DNA of 64,000 bases from contig JAQGDQ010000021.1 in the NCBI GenBank assembly GCA_030141605.1, forward strand, positions 62,001-126,000, written 5' to 3'. Made by a program: the position numbers and the translations under genes. Of this stretch, positions 52,001-64,000 are shown in pieces. A model generated the notes under the pieces. That model was not told the origin of the DNA. It worked only from the letters and a program-made list of their open reading frames with translations, and did not search any database. Each line of letters opens with the position of its first letter. Positions within the stretch are counted from its first letter, which is position 1. This DNA comes from Tubiluchus corallicola (taxonomy: Eukaryota; Animalia; Priapulida).

Positions 52001-54789
52001 TGTACTTTAGCTGATTTGACTTCGATACCTGATGAAATAAATTAAAAAAATAGAAAAGACTAAATTGTATTATTAATATATTGGTCTTTGTTCTTATGTG
52101 TTCCTAATTTAATCTTATCTGAATGTGATACAAAAAAAATCGATATTTTGAAAATGACATAGTACTGATAAACGAAGACAACCTAAACAAGAATAAGAGC
52201 AAAGTGCCTAACACAGTACATCTAGATAACAATGTATGTCAACAATATTTCCGAAAAAAATAAGTTTTTTCAAACAGACGGGATTGATGTACATTGACGG
52301 CTCAGCTTCATCCTAGGAATTATACGTGCAGTTACAGGAATTTACAAACTAGAGCAAGTAAGCATGTTTGCTAGAGGTTCAAAATACCTCACTTTGGTTT
52401 GCCTGCACTACTCAGCCAAGCACAGGATCAAGCCTATGCTAACCATGCATTCACTAAAATTATTATATTAATCCACTCAGTCAAGCCTCAATATCCATTT
52501 AAAGATAAACTTGGAATTAATTGCATAAATATGGAGAAAAATTATTAAAAACCCAAAAGTTAACAGTCAAACAGACTTCATTTCATGGATTAAATTGCTT
52601 ACAGCATATTACCGACAGTCGTAGAAGAGGAAGAGATAACAGGCTGTTTATGCTTTGTTGGTGATGTCCAACGGAGATATGGACCTTTGTGATATGTTGA
52701 CCGGTTCCAAGGTTTTACACCTGATTCAATCGCCTGTTAAAATACAAACTAATACAAGTGGTACAAATAGCATAATTTTGGGTTTTGACATGCTAGACAA
52801 AAAATAGTTCTATGTATAAACAATACTTTCAGAAAATGTGCATCAACAGTAGTGCAAAATGTTGGTTTAAAAATATTATAACATATAAACCAACAAAAAT
52901 GCAATCATTGTTTCTAAATAAGCCAAATTTACCATCAACTTGTCCTTCCAAAAATAAGGAAATTTGCTACGTGCTGTTACCTGAACAAAATGAGTTCACC
53001 AAACATTAGTGACTGATGCTTGTAAACAGTCAGCACCATACCATATCCACAATTGCAATAAATCTGCTATTGCAAAAATTGAACAAAATGAAAAAGTACA
53101 CAAAATGTACCAGCATTGGTTCAGAAGTAGTTGTACTTCTTATTTTGCGGTCTTCTGTTTTGATTGTGGGTCTGTGAAGATCCGCCCGTTTGCCAACATT
53201 AGGTCTCTTTTTTGGTTCCTTTCCCTTTTTGGCTGTACTTTTAAGCGTCATCTACGAATGTAAAAATGTATGTAACTGTTATGAGAGTAATTCATAAATT
53301 TGACATGGTAACACATATATTCAGCCATTAAGCTCTTCTCAATTTTTTTGAAGAAAAATGAAAAGATTTAACCACCTGTGATTGTAATTCTTCACTCAGT
53401 GCAGAGATCTGTTGATTAACTAACTCGCGAACATGAATTCTTTCCATGTCAGACCTGAAAACAAAAAATGTTAAGATGAATAACTTTTGTAGCAAACAAA
53501 TTTTAAACACTTTTCACTCATTTAAGGTTTCATATCAGAACTGTGCCAAAGGATAGTTGCAGACAGTTTGCTTGCCTGAGCAAACCCTACTAGTTTAGGT
53601 ATTTTAATAATTGAGCTTAATATTTAATCTTTGAGGAAAAATATCTAGAGCTATAATAAGGTAACCAAAATCTTGTTGACAGGAAATTGTACTTAGTAAA
53701 ATATCTACAGCTATAATTTGGTAGAGGATAGCCCGTCATAACGCATGATATACTAACTCATTTCCTGTTATGCTGTCCACATATGAATACCAATCAGATA
53801 GTCTTCTGGCCCGATTGATCCTAGTTAAATTTTCGTCTAGTAGACGGCGCTGCCAATCAAGTCGCTTCAATACGGACTTTGCTTCCATGACATAACTGCT
53901 GGAAGGGGATTCTCTTCCCGCAAAACCAGGCGAAGGATTTTTTTGTTGAGCTAACTTTTTTTGCTGTAAAATTGAAATAGAATAATAATTATTCTTCACT
54001 TAGTTAAATTGTTATTTTAATAATTGAACCACAATTGGCTATAATTTAAAACAAATAGAAAACGAAGTGCAGAAACTTAGATCGAAGTTAACGGGAAATG
54101 TTGGATAATATAGCAAGCAATATTTGTGAGGCCAGGTAATATTTACACCAAATAAAAAAGTTTCATGTTGCATTTGTCAAATATTAGTGCAATGATCAAG
54201 TGCTCTGCGTTGGAACTTCAAGTGAAAGGTCTGTTGGCTTATTCAACTTTTCCGATTATACTTAGACAGTTATCAAAGGAAATACATAGGGAATTACCAG
54301 ATTGCCTTTCACGAGAGCACTTCCCGCCTGACCCGCATTTGATCCGGATGGCACAGGAATCTTTCTTAGTGAAGACTCTTTTCTTCCTGCAGGAGCTTGG
54401 GAATTTTTTTTGGGCAGATTGATATTGTTTTGCTTGGTTGAACGCTTCTTGTTAACTTTCTCATCCTATAAATAAAATAATCAAGTTCCTTATTTGGAAA
54501 ACTTTGCCGAAAGTTAAGTGAAAGAAACACTAGATCACAGAAGCTGCCTATCACGAATGTCTAGTAAACTGTCAAAAAAGTTTGAAAACTTTATAATAAC
54601 TACCAAGAACATGGGAAAAAACAGTAAAATTTACAGAAGAAACTTAACAGAAATTATTATTTTATGGGACTATCAACTTTGTCTGGAAAAAGAAATCTTA
54701 CCGTTGATGGCTGTCTTGCATGCCTCATTGTGGGTGCGCTGGCAGGACGTTCAGATAAACTCTTCCGCTGTGCCTGCACATTCTCGAAA
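43073..54789 (-). CDS. KIAA0586: TALPID3 (centriolar ciliogenesis protein), about 906 C-terminal aa in 19 exons: 54702-54789, 54298-54465, 53758-53963, 53376-53454, 53111-53251, 52613-52733, 51709-52028, 51472-51561, 50845-51035, 50247-50332, 49742-49893, 48964-49054, 48670-48835, 48140-48302, 47180-47332, 45911-46042, 45403-45562, 44074-44199, 43073-43161; 5' part not located
   Basis: All exons are GT-AG flanked and phase-consistent through to TGA at 43073-43075. Recognisable TALPID3 motifs: coiled coil (LLDENLTRINRA...ERIHVRELVNQQISALSEELQ), RSTYHKGPYLRWTSP, NKAIEW|AENEVMARVIS, Pro-rich TP tracts and repeated SEGE motifs near the C-terminus. Individual splice choices may shift by a few codons. 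Confidence 0.88.
45188..45272 (+). mobile_element. Degenerate tRNA-derived SINE head
   Basis: A-box-like GGTGGCCTACTGGTTTAAGGC, decayed B box, and the same AGGTGCAAAA 3' motif as the copy at 41.9 kb. Confidence 0.4.
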
Positions 54790-57700
54790 CTACAAAACGA
54801 AAAAAATTAAAAATTAGCAGCCATCGTGAAAAAAGAATGTTCACACTAACAGCATTATGCATTTTATCCGAAGTTAAAAATGACAAAAATTTAACCCACC
54901 ACTATTTAATGAAGAAGATGATGAAATTCTGCCAGAACACAATAATAGGATCTAATGGAAAGTTTGATGTACAATATAGGCTTAAATTGGTCTTGCGACA
55001 AAATGAACGCTAATTGAATATGTAAAGCCTTTGACATACAAGGAAATGTTTGACTGCTTGGCCAATCTTGGGACACCCACAGATCTACGAGTCTTTAATG
55101 GGAAAGATCGAAATAGTAAATCGTTGCCACCACAGCAACCTAAACAGCTAGAACTTTTACAGTTTCAGTCGTCAGCCAACAGGTGAATTGATTAATACCG
55201 TTAATACTTTATTATATGAAAAAAATTTGAATGTCCGCTTAGGCTCAAAAACCATATTTTATTTAAACCAAGTTTGGGGCTTCATCAGTTGTAAATGCAG
55301 ATAAAAGGTTAAAAAAAACAGTATATGTAAATAAAAGATAATAAAGCAAGGTAGAAGCTAAAATATCATTGATACAACCAGTAAATGAAAACATTTGGAT
55401 AGTATAGAAAGAAAAAGCAAACAATGTAAACTACACAATTCATCTTTTAAGCATAAAAGTTTAAATAAAGAAAGTAAAATATTAATTAGACATACCTGAA
55501 TTGATTGCTGCAAATTGGAGACTTATATTCCTAACCTGAGAGGGATTTTGTGGATTTATAAATACTGAGATAAGAATAAGCGCCTGCAAGTTCATGAAGA
55601 ATATGTAACGATAAAAAGCTTTTGATTTCTAATCGATTTCTAATGTGGTTAATTAACTTATAATTTCTTGATATTTTTTTCCAAAAGATGAACATACAGT
55701 CTGTTTGAAGTAATGAATTTACCTACACAAATTTTATCTACAGAGTACAGAGTATGCCTATAGAGTATTTTGTAAACTCTATCACACTGAAGATAACTGC
55801 TATATTGCGTAGTCGAAACATTTATCACATTTTTAGTATTTTATGTTTTAAACTTTTCAATACAAGTTGATTTCTTTCAATAATTTTGTGGTTGGTGACA
55901 CTAAAAGAATTAAACTTGAACTTAAAAATCTATTAAAACTTACAAAAGAAGAAATATGGCAAAATGTAAACATAAAATTTGAAAAACCCACAAAATTTTC
56001 ATGCTTCACTTCTCAGGTAAGGGAAACAAGTCTTCATTTTAAGTAATCAATTCAGGTATATTTTAATTAATATTTTACTTTCTTTGTTTAAGCATTTATA
56101 CTTAAAAAAGGTGAATCGTGTAGTTTATATTCTTTGCTTTTCCTTTATATACCATCCAAATAATTTCATTCAATTTACTTGTCGTATTAATGATATTTTA
56201 TGTTCTATCTTGTTTATTATCTTACATTTGTATATACCGGTTTTTAACACCTTTGTCTGCATTTTCAGCTAATTGGTACGTTAGGGCGAAAGCTCCTGGA
56301 AAAATCAAATCTGTTTCTTGAGACTAAAGGGGCATTTAAGTTTCAATTCATACAGAAAAGACGACAAGTGTTAGAGCAGCGTTCTCATACTTAAATGCTA
56401 CCACTTATGTAAACAATGAACACAGCATTCGTGCACTTTTCCGACTGAATGCAACAAAACACAAAAATACTGTGGTAAATTTAGATCGTGCGCGCCAATG
56501 TAAGACGAAAAACTTGAAAATTTAATGAGAGCGAGTTAAACCAACTTAAAATGCAGTAAAACGATGTTCAAGATACACACTTGTTTCCAGACTGTGCACA
56601 GTACTTCACAGTGTGCAAAATATGGCGGTCTGTAAAGTACAAAAGTCTTCTTCACATTCGTACTTCTAAACATACGATAAGAAACACAAAAGGCGACAAG
56701 CAGACCACCTTGCATTGCCTTCTCAACATATACAACGGCAATACCAGAAGGTTCTCCTGAAATCAATGACGCTTGTGTAATGTAACCGCCAGTGTGTGTG
56801 CGTGTGTGTGTGTGTTGGGGGGGGGGGCGGTCACTGGGCTCAATTTGACGAAACGTGACGTAACTCAGCAATGCACTTAACAATCGGTTAAAAACCGCTG
56901 CTAACCGGCTAGGTGGCTAATCAAAAGCTAGGGGACTGAGAGAAAAGACGAACGATTTTTATAGCGCGGCAGAAACATTAGCATTCAGTAATACTGTTTC
57001 AAAGTCAGTAATTATTTGCGCCCAACTCTAAAACCTGCACGCTCTCCGCATTTTAAGCACGCAAGCAAAGCCGAGTTGAATACATTTCTGGCGTGAAAGA
57101 CGATAAAGCCAATTACGATGCGCGCGCACAAGCGTGAACCGAACAAATACTAATTATCATACGCATTCATCGCTATTCAGATTACTTTACGAGACAAAAA
57201 TTCTAGATTTCAGTACCCGGAATTATCGCGGCGGTACCATGAACTAGAGAAAGGGTTGTTGTTATGAGTAGCAAGAAATGCATGAAGACCACGTTGTGAA
57301 TAGGCTTGAATGCATAACAGAACAAAATGCAGTTGCAATACAAAATAGTTAAACTAAAATCCTGAAACTTATAAAAAAGGCCAGAGTTTGAAAAGTGACA
57401 AATTACAGAAGTATTGTTATGTATTTAAAAATGGACAAATTCTTGACCAAATCAGTTGGTGAATAGGAAAAGTCTGTAGTGCTACAGCCTCTCTTGTATA
57501 ATTACATGTATTACGTTAGGTGATCAGCTCTGGATAATCTATGAATTCAGTCATAATCTGGCTTAGACTGGTTATGATTGGTCGCATTCTCATATGCGGG
57601 AATGTGACACTTTGTAACCATTTTGTCGTAATGTTTTGCTGGTTCCTTCCCTCTAAAGTCACCAGACATTCAGACAAAATAAACTTGCAGATTTGCTGAT

Positions 57701-60700
57701 AAATTGTGTCATTTAAATTTAGTCTTAATATGCATTTTTAGAATATTAACCTTATGATGTTGGCCTTTTACCTCTTCCATGATTACGGAGTCATGTGCAT
57801 CATCCTAATTGTTCTTTTGCATATTTCAATTATTTCTTTCGAACAGAAGCCGTGGTTACTGTGCGAGACATTTTCGCGTGGGTTACTTAAAGAAAAGGCC
57901 AAAAATTCTGGGAGGCTAAGCTTCGTTCAGTGCTCGCGAAAAATGTTAAAACGATTTAGTAATATAACTGTGATAAGCGTCTCGTGTAAGTAGTAAAATC
58001 ACTTTATAAAGTCATGTTCATTTCAAGAAAAGTCACGAAGTCCACCAGTTACATCAGAATTTTTAGGTGAATGGCGGCTACAAATGCGCCTTAAAATTTC
58101 TATACAGCGGTAGCATAAATCAGCTTTATGCTTTATATATAGTTTTTCAAATTTCCTTGTTGCATAAATCCAACGTGCTAAGTGACTTCTCCTTTTCTTT
58201 AAAGTTTAAGTTAGGATATTTCTTTCATTAAATTAACCCCGTACCTCAAGTGTTACACTATACCACCTTAGTTATTACCTTTTCCTATACAAAATGGATT
58301 AGAGATGAGGCTAAAATCTGAAAGGAAAAATTAGCTTGTAGCGTTGAGTGTGATATTAATCTAAACCGTAACACACTCCCTAGACCCTACCAAATATATA
58401 TCAAGGAATTTCAGACACCTTTTTGAGATTGGCCCCTAAATGACGGAAATAGAAGTTGATACTGGAAATCAGTTAATAACTGTTGCCATCTACCGACGTG
58501 TTAATGATTAAACATGAGAACCCAATTTTAATTACAACTGCGGCAGCTGAGTCTGCACGTCTAATGAAACCCGGGCTACACTACATTACAAAAATAACCC
58601 CCAGAAAACCACAAATATTTGTACACAAACATAAACAGTACAAAGTGCGTCCTCTGCTGCTAATAAAATCAATTATTTTTTGGTTAAGGGCAAACATGAC
58701 TTCTACAGTCAGCACTTAGAAAACACACTTGGTATCATCTATACGACATTCTATAATAATTGTAAAATACTCAGATCAGCTACACATATTATTTTGCGGT
58801 TAATTTTGCGTGGTGACGATAATATGCTAGCCTGTATTTTTCATGGTTGTCAGTAATTACATGTATACAGTTTTCTGCTGTGCAACTTTAGTTTTTGTGT
58901 TTTAAAAACGAGACCTCTTGAACAAAGACGTATTATTTACTACATCAAAATGATATACAAAGTATGACACAATTTTGTAATCTGTCGTTTCGCAATTTTT
59001 TGTTTTGCTCTGTGTAGACAGTGAAATTATGAACTGCTGAATGCCCTTTTAATCTCAAAAAGCACAGTTGATTTATTATAGAATAATAAATTACTATTAA
59101 TAAATAATATTACGGTAATAAATAAAATCTGTCTTTTGAGGCTAAAAGAGCACTTAACATTTATTCGTGTAGCAAATTGTAAGTCATGTACAAAATAGTC
59201 AAGGCTTAACATAAGTAAATTAGTTTTGTTAAATTCGACAAAATATTATGCTGTAACAAACTGATTTTGACCTCACAATAACATATATACTAATATAATT
59301 TGCGTATAATAAAAGTTTGCTAGCCATAAACAACGAATATAGCAGTATTCCAATAAGTGTACGACTAGGTTTATGACAGACCCTGTAATATTGTAATACT
59401 GTTGTACTTTTTCTCGCAACATTCAGGAAATAGAAATCCTCAAGCCGTCTGAATACATTAGTACCTAATTCCACACACACACACACATTTTATAATGCAT
59501 TAAAATTCATTAAATTTTCTTGTTTAACTCCGTTCTATAATACTAAATACATTGATCTTAAATCTTGCTATATGACATCATTTCATAATTCTCTTAAAAA
59601 CTCATAAACTTTCTTACGTATACTATTATTTATGCCGTCCACACCAACGACTTCACTCGGGTCTACGCATTTTTATGCTTCGCAGAGCACCGCAAAGTCT
59701 TCCCATGAATGGCGTGACTGATGGGAATGCTGATGCTAAATAGAAACAGTTCTATAATGTGACAAAGACCTGGAGTTGGGCAACAACGCTTTTTATACAA
59801 TCAAAGGTTGGTAGATTTTGGCCAACAATCATAAATATGAGAACAGTGTCAAGCAACAGATGAAACAAAAGACTCAGCATAGGCTGCTGGTGACAGTTCC
59901 GTCCTTGAAGGTTATATTAAAATCAATAGAAGCCAATTACCGCATTTTTTACAATGAGCTAGTAATCGGCTTCCGAAGTACTCCAAAAAGTGTAAAACTA
60001 TAGAACAGTTATTGAGCAAAACCCGCAAAAAGCAACACGCTCTAAACAACAGCCTTACCAGTTGGACAGCATCAAGAAAAATATGCACAGTACAGGCGAT
60101 ATTAGATTACGATAAGTAGTTTCAATCTATTTAATGTTATTTCTTTGCTTCTTTATATTGTTGTCTGTACTTTTTTTTCCACGGTTTTATAGATAAAAGG
60201 CTGAAATTTGGAAATGGTAAAGATTGTGTGGGTGAAAAACAGAGCACATTCAAAGTAAATTACTAGCATGAAATTCGGTTTTAGACTGACAACTGTCTAG
60301 AAGGGGCAGCAATATAAGCACTCATTTCTTCTCCATCAGTACAAAAGTAGAAAATGCGGGCTATGCTACAAAAACCTAATAGGTTGTTGTGGAACGGGGC
60401 TGCCATCTTGCCACTGTTAACTTCCTAACATTGTGATAAATGTAAAAACAACTTCTCTGCACTAAAATTTTGTTGCACAAAAGTTAGTAAACATGAACAA
60501 CAAAACTCTACCGAGTAACATACCAAATGAAAATCACCATGATTTGCCAAACACGCTATTGTTTGACGTATTGTTTTATGTGCACCAGAAATGCCACATC
60601 TAGAGAAAGTATCGTTGTTAAAAATTCTTGACAAAATATTGAACCTTGATCCAGGGGTCAACAGAGGCGCGTAAAGAGTATCTGGATTCAAGTCTATAAA

Positions 60701-63700
60701 CTGACCAAAAAAGAGCAGGATGAGCTCAGCCCACGACTCGCACTTTCAAGGTTGTGAAGAGTATCTGAAGGCTAACATTGGAAAAATATATCATTTTCAC
60801 AACAAAAGCTATTTGGCTTATTCAATTATATATACTGCTAAAAAGCAGCCGCCAATTTAACACCGCTTAGAAAACATGAGCGGGACAGGCACTAACAAAT
60901 TTAGTTGTATTGACTTCTTAACAAGCACGACTAGTGAAGAAGTAACTTGTAGGTATTAAATAGATTTAATTACTACTTACTAATTGCTAATTACCACTTA
61001 TTAAATATATTTATCGGCGAAATACTGGTTTTCCTTTTTTGAAAATTTTAGAAATATCGTTTCATGTTAAAAGCTCGTCAAGAAATAATAATTTTTAAAT
61101 AGGCTAAATTCCTAGGAAGACTGGATGATTTTTCTGTACTACCCCATTTTCTAGTATTGGTAAAAAGTATACATTTTACCACCACTAATACTGCAAAAGT
61201 GTTTCTGATAAAGAAATAATAATTTAAAATCTTAATTAACGGCGGGTGAGCCCAACTATTGATGACATCACAAACTAACATAATTTTCAACATCAAAAAC
61301 ATCCCATGAGTGTATTTGCGAAAACGAAAATTGAAGTACAGTGCTACTGTAAGAGATTCAGTGTGCTGCACTAAAACTCGGCAAGTTTTAAGATAAAGAT
61401 TAAAATTTCAAATTTACCGCTGCACTCACGCATGAACGTGTGCAGTCCGTCAAAAACTAACGCATCTGAATTAAGAGGTACAGCACCCGTCTTTTGTAGA
61501 ATGCGTTTCCGAAATGCAGGTGCTAGAGCCCGTCTAACTAGCGAATGGCGAAATGCATGTAACGGCGAAGAACTAGAGGCGCGAATGCGAAATTGTGTTT
61601 GTGTGGTAATAATTCTTTCACGTAAGCCTGGCATTCTTTAAAAAATATTTTCAGCATTTTAAAGAATGGGTTGTTTAGACCTACAGTTTAACACTGCGTC
61701 TGGTTTTGCTTTAAACGAGGATGAGGCACGCCTGAGTTACTAAGAGAAAATACTGATAGCCTGACAGTCTTGAAAAACTGTTTTACTTGGACCGTGAATA
61801 AATTAACCTACATAGTACACGTCTGATATATTTACTCAGGACGTTAATAATCGACAGCTAATAAACAGACACCAAAATGTAGGGCGAGCACACGTGATGT
61901 CTGGTTCAAGCTTCAAGCTGTTATTCTGTAAAAGGTGCGGTGACTCTGATACAGTTAAGATTTTTAAATTTTTAAAATTATATTAATGCTATATAATATC
62001 CACCGGCCCTAATTGTTTTTTTAATGCTGGGCTCAAACGGAATTTTGCAGATTCTGTTCGGTCGAATTTTACACGGGTGCAAATAGAGACGATAACTATA
62101 TTAGCTGTAACTAAGAGAGACGATAACCAAAGCATGCGATGCCATTCATCGACATGACAAGAAGCGTAACTTCCTAGATAAAAACCACTATACGCATTTT
62201 AACTGCTGGTTAGTATTACAGTATTATGCTACTGTGTTTTGTAGGGCGGGCCAAATTACAAGTTTGACATTAACCGTTAGCGCAATTTGGCATTGTTAGG
62301 TCAATTCTGATCTGATTTAGCATGGCACTGGACAGGTCTATAATACAAGTGAAATGCATCAAATACACATCTTAATGTATCATAATGTGACCCGGGTCAT
62401 GATAAAGATCAAATATCGCTAAAACGTCATGATATAAATGGACATAAAAATGCAAAATTTTACTGACACGCTACAGCACTAAACTGACAATGACAAGAAC
62501 ATTTTGTTGTCTAAGTGATAACGTCAGTAGGAAGGCATACACAAAATATTACATGTTATGTAGTTAAAGTTTAACCACTACTCCTGTAACACAAAAAACA
62601 TCAGGATTCAATCTAACAACATTAGCTGTGGCAGTTTAGCAACAAATCAGCGGGCTTTTCCCACTGGCTAGACGATTGTTAGGAAGAAAATTATTATAAA
62701 ATGTTACAAATTATTTGCATTGTGCAAAAAGGCTGATAATAAAGCCCCAGGCTGTTCTTGTTTTTACTATACAGTGAACATACCAAGGAGATTCAATATA
62801 TTGTTTAGTATATTAAACCTCCCTGGAACATACCCACATAATATGGCAATGCAGCAATCTGAATAAAACATTTAGTTCCTAAAACAATAGTTTTTCATGT
62901 AAGTTGGTTTTTATGATACAGCAAGCAAAGGACACAATTTAGATTCGAGTGATGCTTGACGAACTAATCTTTTGCATTCATTACAAATGCATTTTTCTTC
63001 TATTTGTGATATCTAAAACCATCGCCCAAGTAAAATAAAATAAATTCATGAAATATATGATTAAGTAACTATAAATGTATTAATGATAAGAGACATTGGA
63101 CTGCATTATTTGAAATTTGACGCATCTCAACTTATATAAAAGGCGTCGACTCAACCGAAAATCTAAACCATATGCACAAAGAAAACTTTATAATTGCAGG
63201 AAAAGCTAATTAAACTACTGTACAACAGAATCATTAATCTTCGAACATGCACTTTTGAAGTCATAATCATGTTATGTAGTTTTAATTTTATGTGTATTAC
63301 TGAGCTATTACGTTGACATACAGCTAAAGTTTGAAGTATGTTGTGATCCTTAAAGTCAATTTACAAGAAAGACATAAAAGACAACAGCAAATAAAAAGGA
63401 CAAAGTAGGCAAAAAGCTGCAGCAAAGGTTTCACTCCTTTAATGTATTAGACTAGGACCATCTAATCCAGGTAAACAGTATCATACCGAATACAATGCAA
63501 AAACAAGAATTGGTGTGCCTCGAAATTATAGTTCATGATGCGAAAATCCATCATAGTTAACACAATTTTGGATCATAGCGGTTCTACATAATAAATAATA
63601 AAACTATATAATTATAAAGCAATTTGAAGTACTTTATAACTCGTGCATATGTCTGTTACATACCACTACTAAGACTGTATTTAGAAATATTTGTCTCAAA

Positions 63701-64000
63701 TTGTGTAATAAATTAATGACCACACAGGAAGGGTTGTATGACCACACTCAGAATGTAATAAAATAAGCGCGTGTCCATGCTCTACATCTACTTAACAGAT
63801 AACAAGAACATTGGGCACTTTAATGTACTACCATTATAATGAAATATTATCAAACACCAATTTTAGCTTTTAAAGGTTGAAAGTAAATCAAAATTTGAAA
63901 CAAACCAAATTAAGCAAACAAGTTTAACAATTTTACATAACAAAAATAACAAAAAAAGCTCATTTATAATAAACGATATTAAGTGGTCAAGTAATATACA

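Overview
AT-rich, intron-rich eukaryotic (metazoan) DNA. The vertebrate-like exon boundaries and an LC3C-type gene suggest an invertebrate chordate such as a tunicate, but that is inference. The six-frame ORF track is mostly noise; the genes below were assembled by hand from GT-AG exons. (1) Minus strand: the 5' part of a cAMP-dependent protein kinase catalytic subunit gene (PKA-C), with exon 1 at 27455-27500, a 22-kb intron 1, exon 2 at 5043-5104 and exon 3 at 2827-2955, continuing off the left edge. (2) Plus strand: a complete 4-exon MAP1LC3C-like (Atg8) gene at 38723-42145. (3) Minus strand: 19 frame-consistent exons of a TALPID3/KIAA0586 orthologue at 43073-54789, 5' end not found. Between PKA-C and LC3C lies a divergent pair of unrecognised, apparently damaged spliced ORFs (about 31-35 kb). 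hAT-type MITEs with 8-bp target-site duplications (TSDs), a nested transposon stack, a foldback element, tRNA-derived SINE heads, LINE remnants and microsatellites are also present. The most interesting signal is inside PKA-C intron 1: an array of candidate alternative first exons and frame-preserving cassette/micro-exons, all in splice phase 1 and so joinable to exon 2. It includes a 79-aa, about 40% Asp/Glu N-terminus, an aromatic Cys-Cys N-terminus, two TATA/MEF2-like internal promoters and a candidate poison exon. None of these is confirmed without transcript data, and some short ones are expected by chance.
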